This document shows positions 52,331 through 64,000 of a stretch of 64,000 nucleotides of DNA, in pieces; position 1 is the stretch's first letter; every line of letters starts with the position of its first letter. The stretch is from Antedon mediterranea (taxonomy: Eukaryota > Animalia > Echinodermata): positions 20,866,912-20,930,911 of the forward strand of contig NC_092675.1 in the NCBI RefSeq assembly GCF_964355755.1, given 5' to 3'. Both the position numbers and the translations under genes were made by a program. Under the pieces are notes generated by a model, which saw nothing but the letters and a program-made list of their open reading frames with translations, was not told the DNA's origin and ran no database searches.

Positions 52331-55300
52331 AATATACATTTTATAAATTGACTACGTTTTCAAGTTAGAAGGTTTAGATGAAAAAAACCCAATTTTATTA
52401 TTATAAAACAGTTTGAGTAAATCGATGCCAAGGTATAATCGATCAATCTCAATCCTATAAAAAATAAAAATCGTATTAGCTACGGTAGTCTTTTATCAGT
52501 AATTAAATTGAAGTATTTATGAATTTTCAAGGCCATATTTTTTGAAAATTGTGAAAAGCATTGATCCCTTAGGCCGCGGATGTTAAGAGACCTAAAATAG
52601 AATCAATCAACAAAAACCTGCTTTAAAGTGAGTTTATTCGTTTCCATACGTAGGCCTAATAATTATAAATTATAAATTGAGTATAATTTTTTTATTTATC
52701 AAAGAATGTGTGTGGAAATACATCGATTGAGTTCCGATACATATTTTAGGCTTATAGAAATCCAATACGACTGAAGATATATAGATTACTGCCTTTGAGA
52801 TATTGTCTCTATTGCAAATATAGGCCTAGGTATATATTATATATTTTCTATGTACGCCCATCATTTATATACAATTCACATTCCATAAAAAAAAAAAAAA
52901 ACAATTAATATTAACGATATATATCAACAAAATGGTGGAATAGGCAAATGTGTATTATAGTATGCAATATTTCCAAATATAGTGTTTTAATTAAGTTTGT
53001 GATTTAGGCCTTATTTAGGCCTATACAAGAGGAAATGTTACAAAGTGAGTTAATAGTTGTCAAAACCATATAGGCTTAAAACTATCTGATAACTTAAGCA
53101 CATAAACTCCATTTTCCCCTGACTGTATGTATATATCGGTCTACATTTTAGGTCTTAAATGAAGAAGGGTTGGTCTGGATTTAGTTTACTTATCACGTGG
53201 AAAACTCAATGAAGAGGTTTTACCACAACTATGCGATTAGATCCAGCTCACTGGTCCATCCCATCCATTTTTTACGATCTTTCTATTTTTTGTTATTTTT
53301 TGCGTATTGTTTTTTATTTTGTTTGTTTTTCAGCACAAAGCTGTAGACTATTGGTTATTTGTTTTAATGTTTGCCCAATGCATTTTTAATTTACGCAGTT
53401 GTAGACTGAAGTCTATACCTTTGTTTCAATGTTTTTATAAAATTGATAGTATGAATAATAGTTTTTGTGAATTCTTAATATCGAATACAATGCAATATAC
53501 AAAACGCACGCGAACTTTTGGGCGAAACGCTTCGGGCTTGGGATAGCGTGTGAAAGGTAGCTTACATCGCACAAACGATTTGTTCTCTATCTTAAAAAAT
53601 ATTCCCTTTCTTATAAAAATAGTCCCTAAATTATACCTAACTTAAATAAGGTTGGTTACTAAACTTTTTTTTGTAGAGTTACTTACCCCGACGAACGTTG
53701 GTTATAATATCCTTACATACCCAAAATGGCCGCGTCAGCTTTCTTATAAAAATCCTTTCAATTAAAAAAAAATAATCCAACATGGAGACAGGTGTTGTTT
53801 TTCTAACATTTACATCGACTTGACTTATGCCTTGCTGCAAAACAAAGTTATAAATAAGCTATTATTGTTCTTATGTTTTTATACCGCTCTGCACAGCGGT
53901 GACTCTAAAATTACGAAACAAATTTCACTTTTCGACTGATCACACGTGGATGTAATATTCTTAAAGTGATGAATACTTACAGAATCCGTGAATAATGCAA
54001 TGACGGTACACTTTTATGACTGGACGTTAATATACTGTATATTACCGTCTGTTATATAACGTATTTTGATTTGTATTTTGAGCCATTTACAGTTACCTTT
54101 TTAAAGTTTTCTTTATAAATCATAATCATATTCAAACCATATTTTTTAATCCGTGAAGAAGATTACTTCTACCCCTTCCATTTTGTAAGCAACTCTTCTT
54201 TAAAGAAGCTCTACCTTCAAAATCGAATTGCGATTGCATAATAATTTGCGTAAAGATGGCGTTTACATTCCTAAGGAGAATTCCTCGCACGCTTTGTTCC
54301 TGCATCGGTACAGTACCAGGTAGTTTTGTGGTTTAGTCACAACTTGCATTCCAACGGCAGGATCAAGTTCATAACAAAACATTATTAAATACATATACAT
54401 ATAAATATAAAATATTTTATATTAGCGAAGGTCCTAGTGTATAACTATGTATTTTGAAGTTGTATTCATATTGTCAATGAATGTATATTCATGATTGGCA
54501 CTTTCTTCGTGAATCGCTAAAGAAATAAATTTAAGTGATTATTAAAAATGATTCATTTCTTCTGAACATACTTTCTTTATGACCACTGATAATTTCATTT
54601 ATTTATAATTTAATTTGTACAGATGAAATATTAAAGTTTACTCTTTTAAATAATCTGCACGATTTGTTTTCATAATCTATTTTCTCATATTCACTTATTT
54701 TCAAAAACAAATATAGCATAATATTTAAACATGCCTGTCGAAATTTGGGTTTATTTGGAAACATTGCTTATGTCACATGGATAAAACCATTGTTCAGATT
54801 TCAGAAAAATTAAAAAAGTAGAATATTTAATCTAAAAAAGGTCATACACAAACCATAAAATTGCATCGCATAGTCTGATCGTAATATTTAAGATTATATT
54901 TCGTTTAATCTTTAAAAATAATTGTCACAAAATCTGCAAGACGTGTGCATCGGTAAATATTATAATCAATTACTTTTTACTTGAATACATTTAAAAAATA
55001 AATATAATTCCAATCAATATAATGCAACCTTTGAATAATAGTACATTGTATTTGTTCATAATTTGTAAAAGCGTAACAATATAAAAAACGACTACATTGT
55101 GCAGGACAAGTCTGTTTAACTCATCAGCTTCGCACGATTTACTAGAAGGCGTGAACCTGCACCTTTTAACATTCTTCAACTTTCTATGCTATTAATTAAT
55201 TTTCTGATAAGTATTAAATATAAAGGATATTCTATTGCTTGGATAAGGATGATAATATCAGTGATAAGGTGTCACTACAGCTGCGAGGGAAATTAGCGGT

Positions 55301-56763
55301 CCAACTCGGTGCACAGGACACCAAGTCGGACGTTTAACTTAAGTCGGTTTGTACTTGACAAGATGCATAAACCAACTATCATTACTCGATCGCCTTGACG
55401 TAGTTTCTTTTTAGTTACTACTTAAGATATTGCAACTTAAAATTTAGTTTGAAATCAGGTGATGCGTACGCTTAGATGACGTGGATGTAGCGATGCAGTC
55501 GCTATACAGAGGTAGGCTAGCTTCTTTTGTTTGTTACGTTTTCAATCGAACAAATCTTGTTATCGTATTTTTTATCTTAAATAAACAATAACATAACGTG
55601 ATCTATACCTTCATTTTCGTGTATCATAATTGAAAGTACTAGTGTATATTTACCAATAATGTGTTCAAGACTGTGTTATACGGTGTGTTTGAACTTGTAG
55701 CCAAATAGTGTGTTACAAGTAAAACCTGTTGCAAAAACGTTGCATCTTATCAAAACATAATAAAATAGGCCTATTTAATATTATCTTGTGGTGGTGGGCA
55801 TTTTACAACATTAAGTAATCGGTAATATATTTGTAAAGTTAATGTACATTTTCCACGACATACCACAAATTTGACACTAACTGGTTTATTTTACCGCACT
55901 TAATTTTCATGTACTAACTTTTGTCCAATCAAATGCGATTAATCTTTAGGCCTAGAGTCTTCAATTTACACCGCATTTGATTCACGTCGTTGACATACAG
56001 TCAAGTAACATTCAAATCTTAAACTATATAGTATTATGTAAATATGTCCAGTCAATTAAATATTCCAAAATGCGTTCTTATTGAATATTAAAAAAATGTA
56101 TCGTAGGCCTTTAAAAACTATTTTTATGGACAATATGCCTAATTTTTACGGAGCGCCGTATTCCAAAATAAAAAATTGCGTTGTAAATAAAAAGTGAACA
56201 AACAAGCGAAATAGAATGTAAATTATTTAATGTCTTATATAATATTTATTACAGTAATTGTTTGTTTAGCACTAGACACGATTTTCTGTATACGATTATA
56301 CCTGTATTCAGTATGAGTGAGCTTAGCCCGTGGCGAAGTGTATCACAGTGCGCGACAAGTTTAAATATGATTTTATTAATATAATTCTTGTATTCAACTC
56401 AACATCTTTATAATTGATATTATACTCTCCTTACATATAAATTCTAAAACCAGAAGCAAAAGGCTTAACTATTGTAACTATTGCTGATCATGGACTAATA
56501 TTATGTGTGCAGTAGTTCGACTTAACTTAATAACACTGCAGTTTGTAACATCTCCTTTACAAAACCGTAATTTCAAACAAGTTTCCCTGTTTCGCTTCAA
56601 ATTAGAAAGTTTACAAGTATCATTTATCACGGTCGTAATTAGGGTTGTTTTAGTTTTTAAAATGTTGGTGTAAGTACTTGTAATACACCGAAACTAATAT
56701 AATTTGCCTTTAGGCTATCGCGCTCGAAACTGTTTCACTATCGAGCGGCATCGTATTTTCCAC

Positions 56764-56929
56764 ATAACCAAGAATAAAAGAGAGCCTAGATGCAAGAATG
56801 TATAATAACTAACAATAAAAGGGAGCCTAGATGCTCACAAGAATGTACAATAACTAAGAATAAAAGGTAGCCTAGATACTCACAAGAATGTACAATAACT
56901 AAGAATAAAAGGTAGCCTAGATACTCACA
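56764..56929. repeat. Minisatellite, 45-bp unit x~3.6
   Basis: Repeated unit AACTAAGAATAAAAGGTAGCCTAGATACTCACAAGAATGTACAAT. Confidence 0.92.
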
Positions 56930-57721
56930 TAACTTAAGGAGGAATATAAAATACGCTATGTTGATGTACTAATTAATTTCACTTTAAAAAATTAAGCCGG
57001 CTCATCAAACATTTTATCTAAAATTACTAACATTCATTTTTGTATATTTCATAATGTATTGATATTGTATGGGTGAAAATAATACATATTATTTTTATAA
57101 ACAATAATTTGTATGATGTTAATGAGTAAAAGCAAGTTTTGTTGTGTTCATACAACACTTGCTCGCCCTGGTAAATTATTAGTTACCCGCTTATAGTACG
57201 GTAGCGGATAACTCCTTGTGTACTTTTGTTGACGCTACGAATAAATATTGTGTATTTAAATTTATACCTCACGCAACTAATATTTAAATGATAATTTTAG
57301 TATAATTAGAATAATAATAATTTAATAATATATTAATAATGTGATAAATACAAAATAAAAAGTAATATATAAAATGTTTATTAGTTACTTTAAGCAAATA
57401 AAAGTAAGTAAGTAAACAAATATTGTAACTATGATATCAGGGCCTAATTCTAACTGCACAAAACCATGTTGTATTCTAACATAAGTAAACATGTGGTCAC
57501 TCTTTTTCATGAAACGTGCCACCCGTTTTAATAAAATGATTACTATTAATGTTTGAAACAGTTGCGCTAAAAGTTGAAGAAATGTAAAGAAGAAGATTAA
57601 AGTTGTATTATTGTATAACTTCATATATTTATTTATTACACTTCATCTTTTTAGAACGGTGCCACAAAACAAAAACAGTATTTAGTTAAAACAACAATAT
57701 TATTAAGCTTAAAAAAATACA

Positions 57722-57945
57722 AATCACTAAAGTTAGGCCTACTGCAATTACTAAAGTTAAGCCTATCTGCAATCACTAAAGCTAGGCCTACGGCAATCAC
57801 TAACATTATGCCTACTGCAATCACTAAAGGTAGGCCTACTGCAATCACTAAAGGTAGGCCTACTGCAATTACTAAAGTTAAGCCTACGGCAATCAAAGTT
57901 AGGCCTACGGCAATCAAAGTTAGGGCTACTGAAATCACTAAAGTA
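57722..57945. repeat. Minisatellite, 24-bp unit x~9.5
   Basis: Repeated unit AATCACTAAAGTTAGGCCTACTGC; it explains the spurious periodic ORFs 57651-57938 and 57763-57966. Confidence 0.93.
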
Positions 57946-59956
57946 GCCCAACTTTTCTGATTGCAATCGCCATTAGAACCGTACTCAAGTCCCCAAAAGT
58001 CTTATTATTCCAAATTAATAAATAATTATTAATTTCAATTGTCTTTCTTTATTGTTTATCACTTTATTTAACAAATGTAAAATTAAATTTCACTTTTATT
58101 ATAATTGACTATTTAAGGTTCTTTACTAATGCATTTTTTTTCAACAATTTAAATATTAATGAATGTACTTTATAGCGATATACTCTTTTGTTGATAGGGC
58201 CGCCTCGTATTTCTTTGTTATTTTCAGTGATGGCCTAATATGACAATAATATCATTAGTAAACAATTCTACTCTGAACATTATTTCGTTTCATCATGTTT
58301 AAATGATACATACTGGTATTGATGATGGTAAAAGTATTATTTTACATCATATTTGTAATACTTTCGTCCCACATCCTATTATAATTATTGTTTATCATCG
58401 TTAGACACGTGATCGTCGTTTTTATATTATTACCATATGTCATTTCACATGATGATTTGACATATTATAATATGTATAGCCCTATCACATGTTAGAATGA
58501 CACTGAATACATATATAGTACCGTACAAAAATCGCCTGAAATACGTTGTTGCAATCAATGAACGATAGTGAAAGATTTTTATTTGGAAAAAAATTGAATT
58601 CGACAGGCTGCCTCCCGTTTTAACAACAGCTTAACGGATGATTGTTCCTTGGGGCTGACAATACGGCCATTTTTATACGATTAAAGTTAATTAAGATAAT
58701 AAAACACACTTATATCCTCAATACGATTATAATGAAGGATTCATTTATCTAGAATGACATTGCTAATATATAAAGACGTCTAGATAGGAACACTCTACAG
58801 GTAGCGTATATCGTAGGCCTGTCGTTAATGTTTTGAGATCCCTCACCCACAAAAACGAATCGAATTGCAAAGAGGTTTCTTTAATGTACGTGATTGGTAT
58901 TCCCTACGTCACAAAGGCAGAGACGTTTCTAATATTTAAAAATTATTTATTATCGCTTTTTAATTACTTAAACTGAAGTAAGACCACCTCTAGTCACAAT
59001 GGTATTTCAAGTGAAAAAAAGAAAAGAAAACATTAAAAAAAAACAGGGAAGATTGAAAACCGTTTATAGTTTGCAAACAATGTTATATGGAACAAGGTAT
59101 AGTAAGCATATAATATTATGTAAGTCGTCATTTGGGTAGTAATATTACTATATATAACCGTATATAATATTGTGTACGGTAATTATAGTCGTCATTTAGG
59201 ATCCCTATTTAATTCGTCAACAAACATGTCTGTGAATGACAAGCAACTATTATTTGACGAACTCTTGAACTTCTAGACTCCTTCCCGAATAGGAAACTCT
59301 TCAAATAAATATAACATTATATCACATCTGAATTGCATAATAAATAACAAAACAAAGACGTGGTAATCGACAATTATATAAACAATTTATTAGGCCTATA
59401 GATAGAACTGAATACTTGGTCTTTTGGAAATATAGGTCTAATCTAAATAATATTATTTTCTGCTAACATAGTTGTAACAACGTTTCAATTTTGTGTATCT
59501 TGTCACGTTGAATTCGACATAGAAAACTGTAGGCCTGCAAGAGCTTAGTTGTGGCAATATCATAAGTGCGCATATTCATTTTAAGCAATACATTATTTAA
59601 AAAATCGTATTACGTAATAATGTAAAGATTTATTCCTAACATATAGGCCTATCTTTATATTTATTTCTAATGCGTATTTCATTTTGTTAAAAGTAATTCT
59701 TGTGTGGCAAATAATTGTATGTACAGTAGTTTGTTAATATTAATACACAATAACGAAATTAATTTCGTATTATAAATTAAAACCATTTGGAAGGTGAAAT
59801 TATGATAAGACGTTAATAATTAATCAGTTTTATTATAATGGAAATGATTGACATGTCGGAGGAAAGATATTATAATGTTAATAATTTCGAACGATAAATC
59901 CAGCTTAGTTTTACAGATATAAAAAGTTTGATACAGGATATTAATTACTAAATCTA

Positions 59957-59998
59957 TGACGTCAGGTCATGTTACGTGACGATGTGACCAATAGGAAG
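59957..59998. promoter_or_regulatory. Compact bZIP/CCAAT motif cluster just upstream of the IRF coding exon
   Basis: Perfect CRE TGACGTCA (59957-59964) overlapping AGGTCA, then TTACGTGA, CCAAT and GGAAG within 42 bp. Confidence 0.4.
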
Positions 59999-60114
59999 CA
60001 TCTATACCTCCAAGACTATAACCTATTACAACTCCACTGTTTTTAAAGTATAAGGAACTAAAAGTATTGATTCATTATCTCTCTGTTCATAGGATCGTCT
60101 AACTATAGCTTGAT

Positions 60115-60367
60115 ATGCCAGTACGCATGATACCTCCACCAATGCCATCGAACGGCAGTTCTGTACAGATGAATGGGGCTAGGCCTAGGGAGCGCAAGAG
60201 GCTCCGAGCTTGGCTCCAAGAGATGGTCGATAGTGGCCATATCAATGGCTTAGAATGGATCAATAGAGATAGTCAAATCATTAAGATTCCATGGAAACAC
60301 GCCGCGCGACATGGTTACAGTCGTGAGAGAGATGCGTGCCTATTCAAGGAATGGGCCATCCATACAG
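60115..60367 (+). CDS. IRF1/2: Interferon regulatory factor (IRF1/2-like), first coding exon, N-terminal part of IRF DNA-binding domain
   Basis: Translation RKRLRAWL..SGHINGLEWIN..IIKIPWKHAARHGY..DACLFKEWAIHTG matches the IRF1/IRF2 DBD (PWKHAA[KR]HG, DACLF, WAIHTG). Acceptor ttcatAG|G at 60092/60093, in-frame TAG at 60106 upstream of ATG 60115, donor ACAG|GTAAGA at 60367/60368 (phase 1 within Gly85). The ORF-track extension to 60462 is intron. Confidence 0.93.
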
Positions 60368-63300
60368 GTAAGACCAAATTTTGTAATGGGTTCTTGATTG
60401 GTCAGAACTTAACATATGTTAATAAGCTACCGTCACACCTTTGTTACATTAACAGGTGGTAACATACTGTAAGGTAGGCCATTGCCGTATACGAGTGATA
60501 TGGTTATAGCATTATGTTTAATATTTACATTTATACTGTACAGTTAAATTTTACAGTTAAATTACAATGCGCATTTTATTACAGCATTTACCTTTTCTAA
60601 TAAATTATCAAAAGTTAAAGAGTCATTGATGTAACAGAGACTGGTGATGCTATAATTAATCGAAATCAATCGAAAAAAATCGGTCTCGACTTTGATTGAG
60701 CTACAATATTATAACTTTATATCATTGTCGAACGTCGACCTCAACTGATATTTTATTTGCCATCAAAGTTACTTAATATAATGATTGTATATAATAAGTG
60801 TTTATGGTTTGTGTAATTAGTTTTGTATATTATAGAATCATATAAATTTAGTCATTTTTTACACAATTGATTCAGTACGTGTTATTGCCATTCTAATCGT
60901 CAATAATTAATGGGTATAATTATGTATTAGTAAATAAAATAGTCAGATCCAATGGACGAACCGACTGAACTTCGGCCAAATCAGTAGGCCTACAATAGGG
61001 AACAGTTAAAATTAACTACAAGATAACTTCATTTTACAATGCTTAATCGCCCTTTAAATATCTCAAAATCCACTTTACAACTTTGATTCTCTAATTTGAG
61101 CTGAGCTTTGGTAAGAACGCGTTGAACAAAAATCTTTATTGAAGGATTTAGGTTGGAAGTTATATCACGGTCTCACTATCATACCCCCACCGTGTATGCG
61201 GAACTGTCAACGGTAAACAGTTATAGGAAGGACCTATTAAATTACCAGTAAAACACGATTACTGTACACGCTGTCGACTTTGGTTATACGTCCAAATGGT
61301 GAAAGCGTCACCATTTGCTAAATTGTCGTCATCCGACACATGTTAGATCTTATTGAAACGCGTTATCTATTGAGTAATCACGGATGAGAAGGATTCGGTC
61401 GAACATGCCACTGTAAATGCCCCCTGTATACAGAATATTAATATGTGTGAAATGTAGCCTGTATAATTTAATTTATTAATGAATTATGGCTGCGACAAGA
61501 GCGTCAGGGGATTATAGATGACATGGGATCATCCCAAGAGACTCGATTAATTTCCCTAGCGGGGTCAAAATAGGAGCCTTTTCGTTAGTTGTCCCAGCCG
61601 ATATCTCTACTGAGCGCTTAACAACTTGTTGCCAAACGACAGGCAAGGTAAAAAAATTAAAATTATACAAAACGCCATCTTTGTCACTCTTTATCTTAAA
61701 AGAAAGAGTGTGACGTAGTCCTGTCGAAAGCATCCGTCTTAGAAAAAAAATAAATTGACTAGGCATGAATCTGAAGTCCCTAGTAAGCTATCCTCAACTT
61801 AATCTCCTAATTTATGGGATAAAGCCAAAAACATCAAAGGCACTATCAATAATTCGCAGGCGTTCTCGTATTTGGCACACACGTAATAGGTGAAACCGTT
61901 GCGCGCGCATTATTTTTCCGGCAGTCAATGATGAAGTACCTGCACTTCTGGGTTACGTAGGTGACAATACACAGTGCGCAAATTGTGAATTCCTGTAAAA
62001 ATTAAGGCAAGTTCCATTGCAACCAATTGAAATGGAATTCTACATTGTCTTGGGACGACAGGAATGTTAAAAGTTGAGATAAGAACGACAATTAAAAGGT
62101 TCAAAAACGTATATTCCATGCTAATACTCATTTAATATTTTGCTGATGTTATTATTTTCACTACCGTTATGAATGTGATATTACGAGTGTTCTTCACGTC
62201 CCACCTGAGAGGTAGATGTCAAACGTTCCCGCTAACTACATAAAACAGACAAGCAGTGCGTGTACATGTTCAGTCATGACTTCCTCTCGTGGTGGATTTG
62301 TCAACTTTACCGAAATATTATGAGACTGCCGGGGGACAGATTGTTAGGCGGTGGTCTATCAGGTATTATCGGGGAGGAAACTCTTCCTGTTAAAAAGGGA
62401 GAAAATGAGCATCAACCTGGCAATCTATTGACTTGATATTCCCTAGAATCTCGTACTCAATGATAACCCGCGAGGAAAATAATTTCCTAGGAAAATGTTT
62501 TTCTATAATTGATTTCATTAATAATGTATGCTTATTTTCACTAAAATTATAAAACAAGTTGACGTTTTGAGACTAAATTAATATAAGTCCTTAGGTTGTG
62601 TAAGCGAAGTAAAAACGTGTATGGGTTTTCCCTGGAGTCGAAATTAAATATGTCATCTACTTCTAAATGTATTAGCAATATGGCAATATGATGTTTCCAT
62701 GTACAATTAACACAAAGCTAATAATATACAGTATGAATTAAAGTTTAAAATGCTTAATTTTATATAAATACATCCAATACAAACAGAATATAATTAACGA
62801 TAAAATCTATAGGTTAAGCATAGAAAAGGATCGCAATTATCACCCATCTACCTAAATAGAAACAGGATAAACGCCCACGAAAATTTATACAGTTTTCTAT
62901 TGTGCCGTCAAATGTGTTAATCATCTATAAAAACTCTAAATAAAAAGATATAATAGGACTAACGTTTTTACCAAGATTTCCTGATTTAAATATACATCAG
63001 GTGCTACGTAATAGAACTCTTTAAAATGATACCGGTATCAGAGATGTTGATCAACCCACGCAATCCTGAACTCTCAGTCACCGTTTCGATAGACACTTCC
63101 GTGTCTTCTGCAACATATAGACTCTGTATGATCGACACGTCTGCGATTCCCGAAGGAAGCTTTGTTTTCTTGTAAACAATCTTCCAGGTATTAAGGTCTA
63201 TATGGGGACTTTTTTTAAAGGTACAAATAGGAATGGAAAACGCAAGTCATGGAAGTGTATTGCATGTAAAATACTTTATTCCAATTGCAAAATGGATCAC

Positions 63301-63432
63301 GAGTCAGTGGTACGCTTCTAAAAAAAAATGTTTAAACATCTTAATAAAGTAAACACATGCTAGATTTAAAATAAATCGCGTAAGGCGTAAATCTTGCATT
63401 ATTTGAAATTTTGTCAGTGACTATAAAGGAAC

Positions 63433-63626
63433 ATACGCAGTTGACCCGCGCGTATAATTAATGTTAAAGCTCATCCATGTTTGTGCGCATGTCCCTATTA
63501 GGCGTAAATGTTGTATGCCTATTCAGACTGCGCGGCATTTTGTCTGTGATACCATAGAAATACAGTTGACGCGCGCGTACAATTAATGTTGAAACTCATC
63601 GACGTATGTTAGTATGTGCCTATTCA
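63433..63626. repeat. Local direct duplication in the IRF intron
   Basis: CAGTTGAC.CGCGCGTA.AATTAATGTT.AA.CTCATC...TGCCTATTCA occurs twice. Confidence 0.75.
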
Positions 63627-64000
63627 ACGTGTTTACGAAAAAATATATATATTTTCTACTTTTTTATATAATAGGTTATCGATGCCATATTATAAATAAC
63701 AAATACAGTAAATACATTTTTTTTTCTAGTGATAAATTTTAAATAGACTATAATAATGAATAAGAATAGAACACGGAGCAAGATCACATGCAACCGGTGA
63801 TATGATATTGCTTATTTTGTATTACCAGAGTCACGTTAATAACAATACCGCACATGGTTTTGTTTTTGTTTGATAACATAATGATTGGCTATCACATGAA
63901 TTATTGATACATACTGTAGCACAAAATGCGTTTAAGGCAAAAACGTGACGCGTCACTTTTGGACGACATGTACCATCATAACGCATAATTGCGTTTATTT

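Noticed and set aside
56764-57945. CRISPR-like appearance of the repeat arrays
   Set aside because: Units are contiguous with no unique spacers, there are no cas genes, and the context is eukaryotic.
57651-57966. Periodic ORFs (LVIAVG)n and (FSDCSRP)n
   Set aside because: They are translations of the 24-bp minisatellite.
60368-60462. ORF-track continuation KTKFCNGFLIGQ... as part of IRF
   Set aside because: Homology stops at a canonical GTAAGA donor, and the expected next DBD segment (..PDPKTWKANFRCA..) was not found in the remaining window.
160-62131. Most short ORFs in the six-frame track
   Set aside because: Low-complexity, Ile/Phe/Leu/Lys-rich translations expected from AT-rich non-coding DNA; many start at TTG/GTG and have no recognisable domain or splice context.

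Overview
AT-rich (about two-thirds A+T by eye), intron-dominated eukaryotic DNA, most likely an invertebrate deuterostome (inferred from a Deu/Nin-type SINE, an IRF1/2-like gene and mosaic CpG depletion). It is not prokaryotic, and almost all ORF-track entries are noise. Two genes point away from each other across about 48 kb. (1) A minus-strand gene missed by the ORF track has a candidate non-coding first exon (~12364-12450) and a second exon (11621-11846) with two uORFs and a 31-codon signal peptide; no further coding exon was found before the left edge. (2) A plus-strand IRF1/2-like transcription factor has its first coding exon (N-terminal part of the IRF DNA-binding domain) at 60093-60367, and its intron runs off the right edge. 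The rest is mostly non-autonomous elements: piggyBac-, Harbinger-, hAT-, Kolobok- and Tc1/pogo-like TIR elements, a young 5'-truncated RTE LINE with a 14-bp TSD, a Deu/Nin SINE, a CR1/L2 relic, a HINE-like element, minisatellites and local duplications. The most unusual signal is a dense set of apparent DNA-transposon excision scars. These are P-element-type CA..TG mini-hairpins with 7-8 bp TSDs, TA-NNN-TA scars, and a strongly over-represented TAGGCCTA octamer; several have empty-site paralogues inside the window. The scar types partition between the CpG-poor gene body and the CpG-richer intergenic region. All counts are by eye and no database searches were run.
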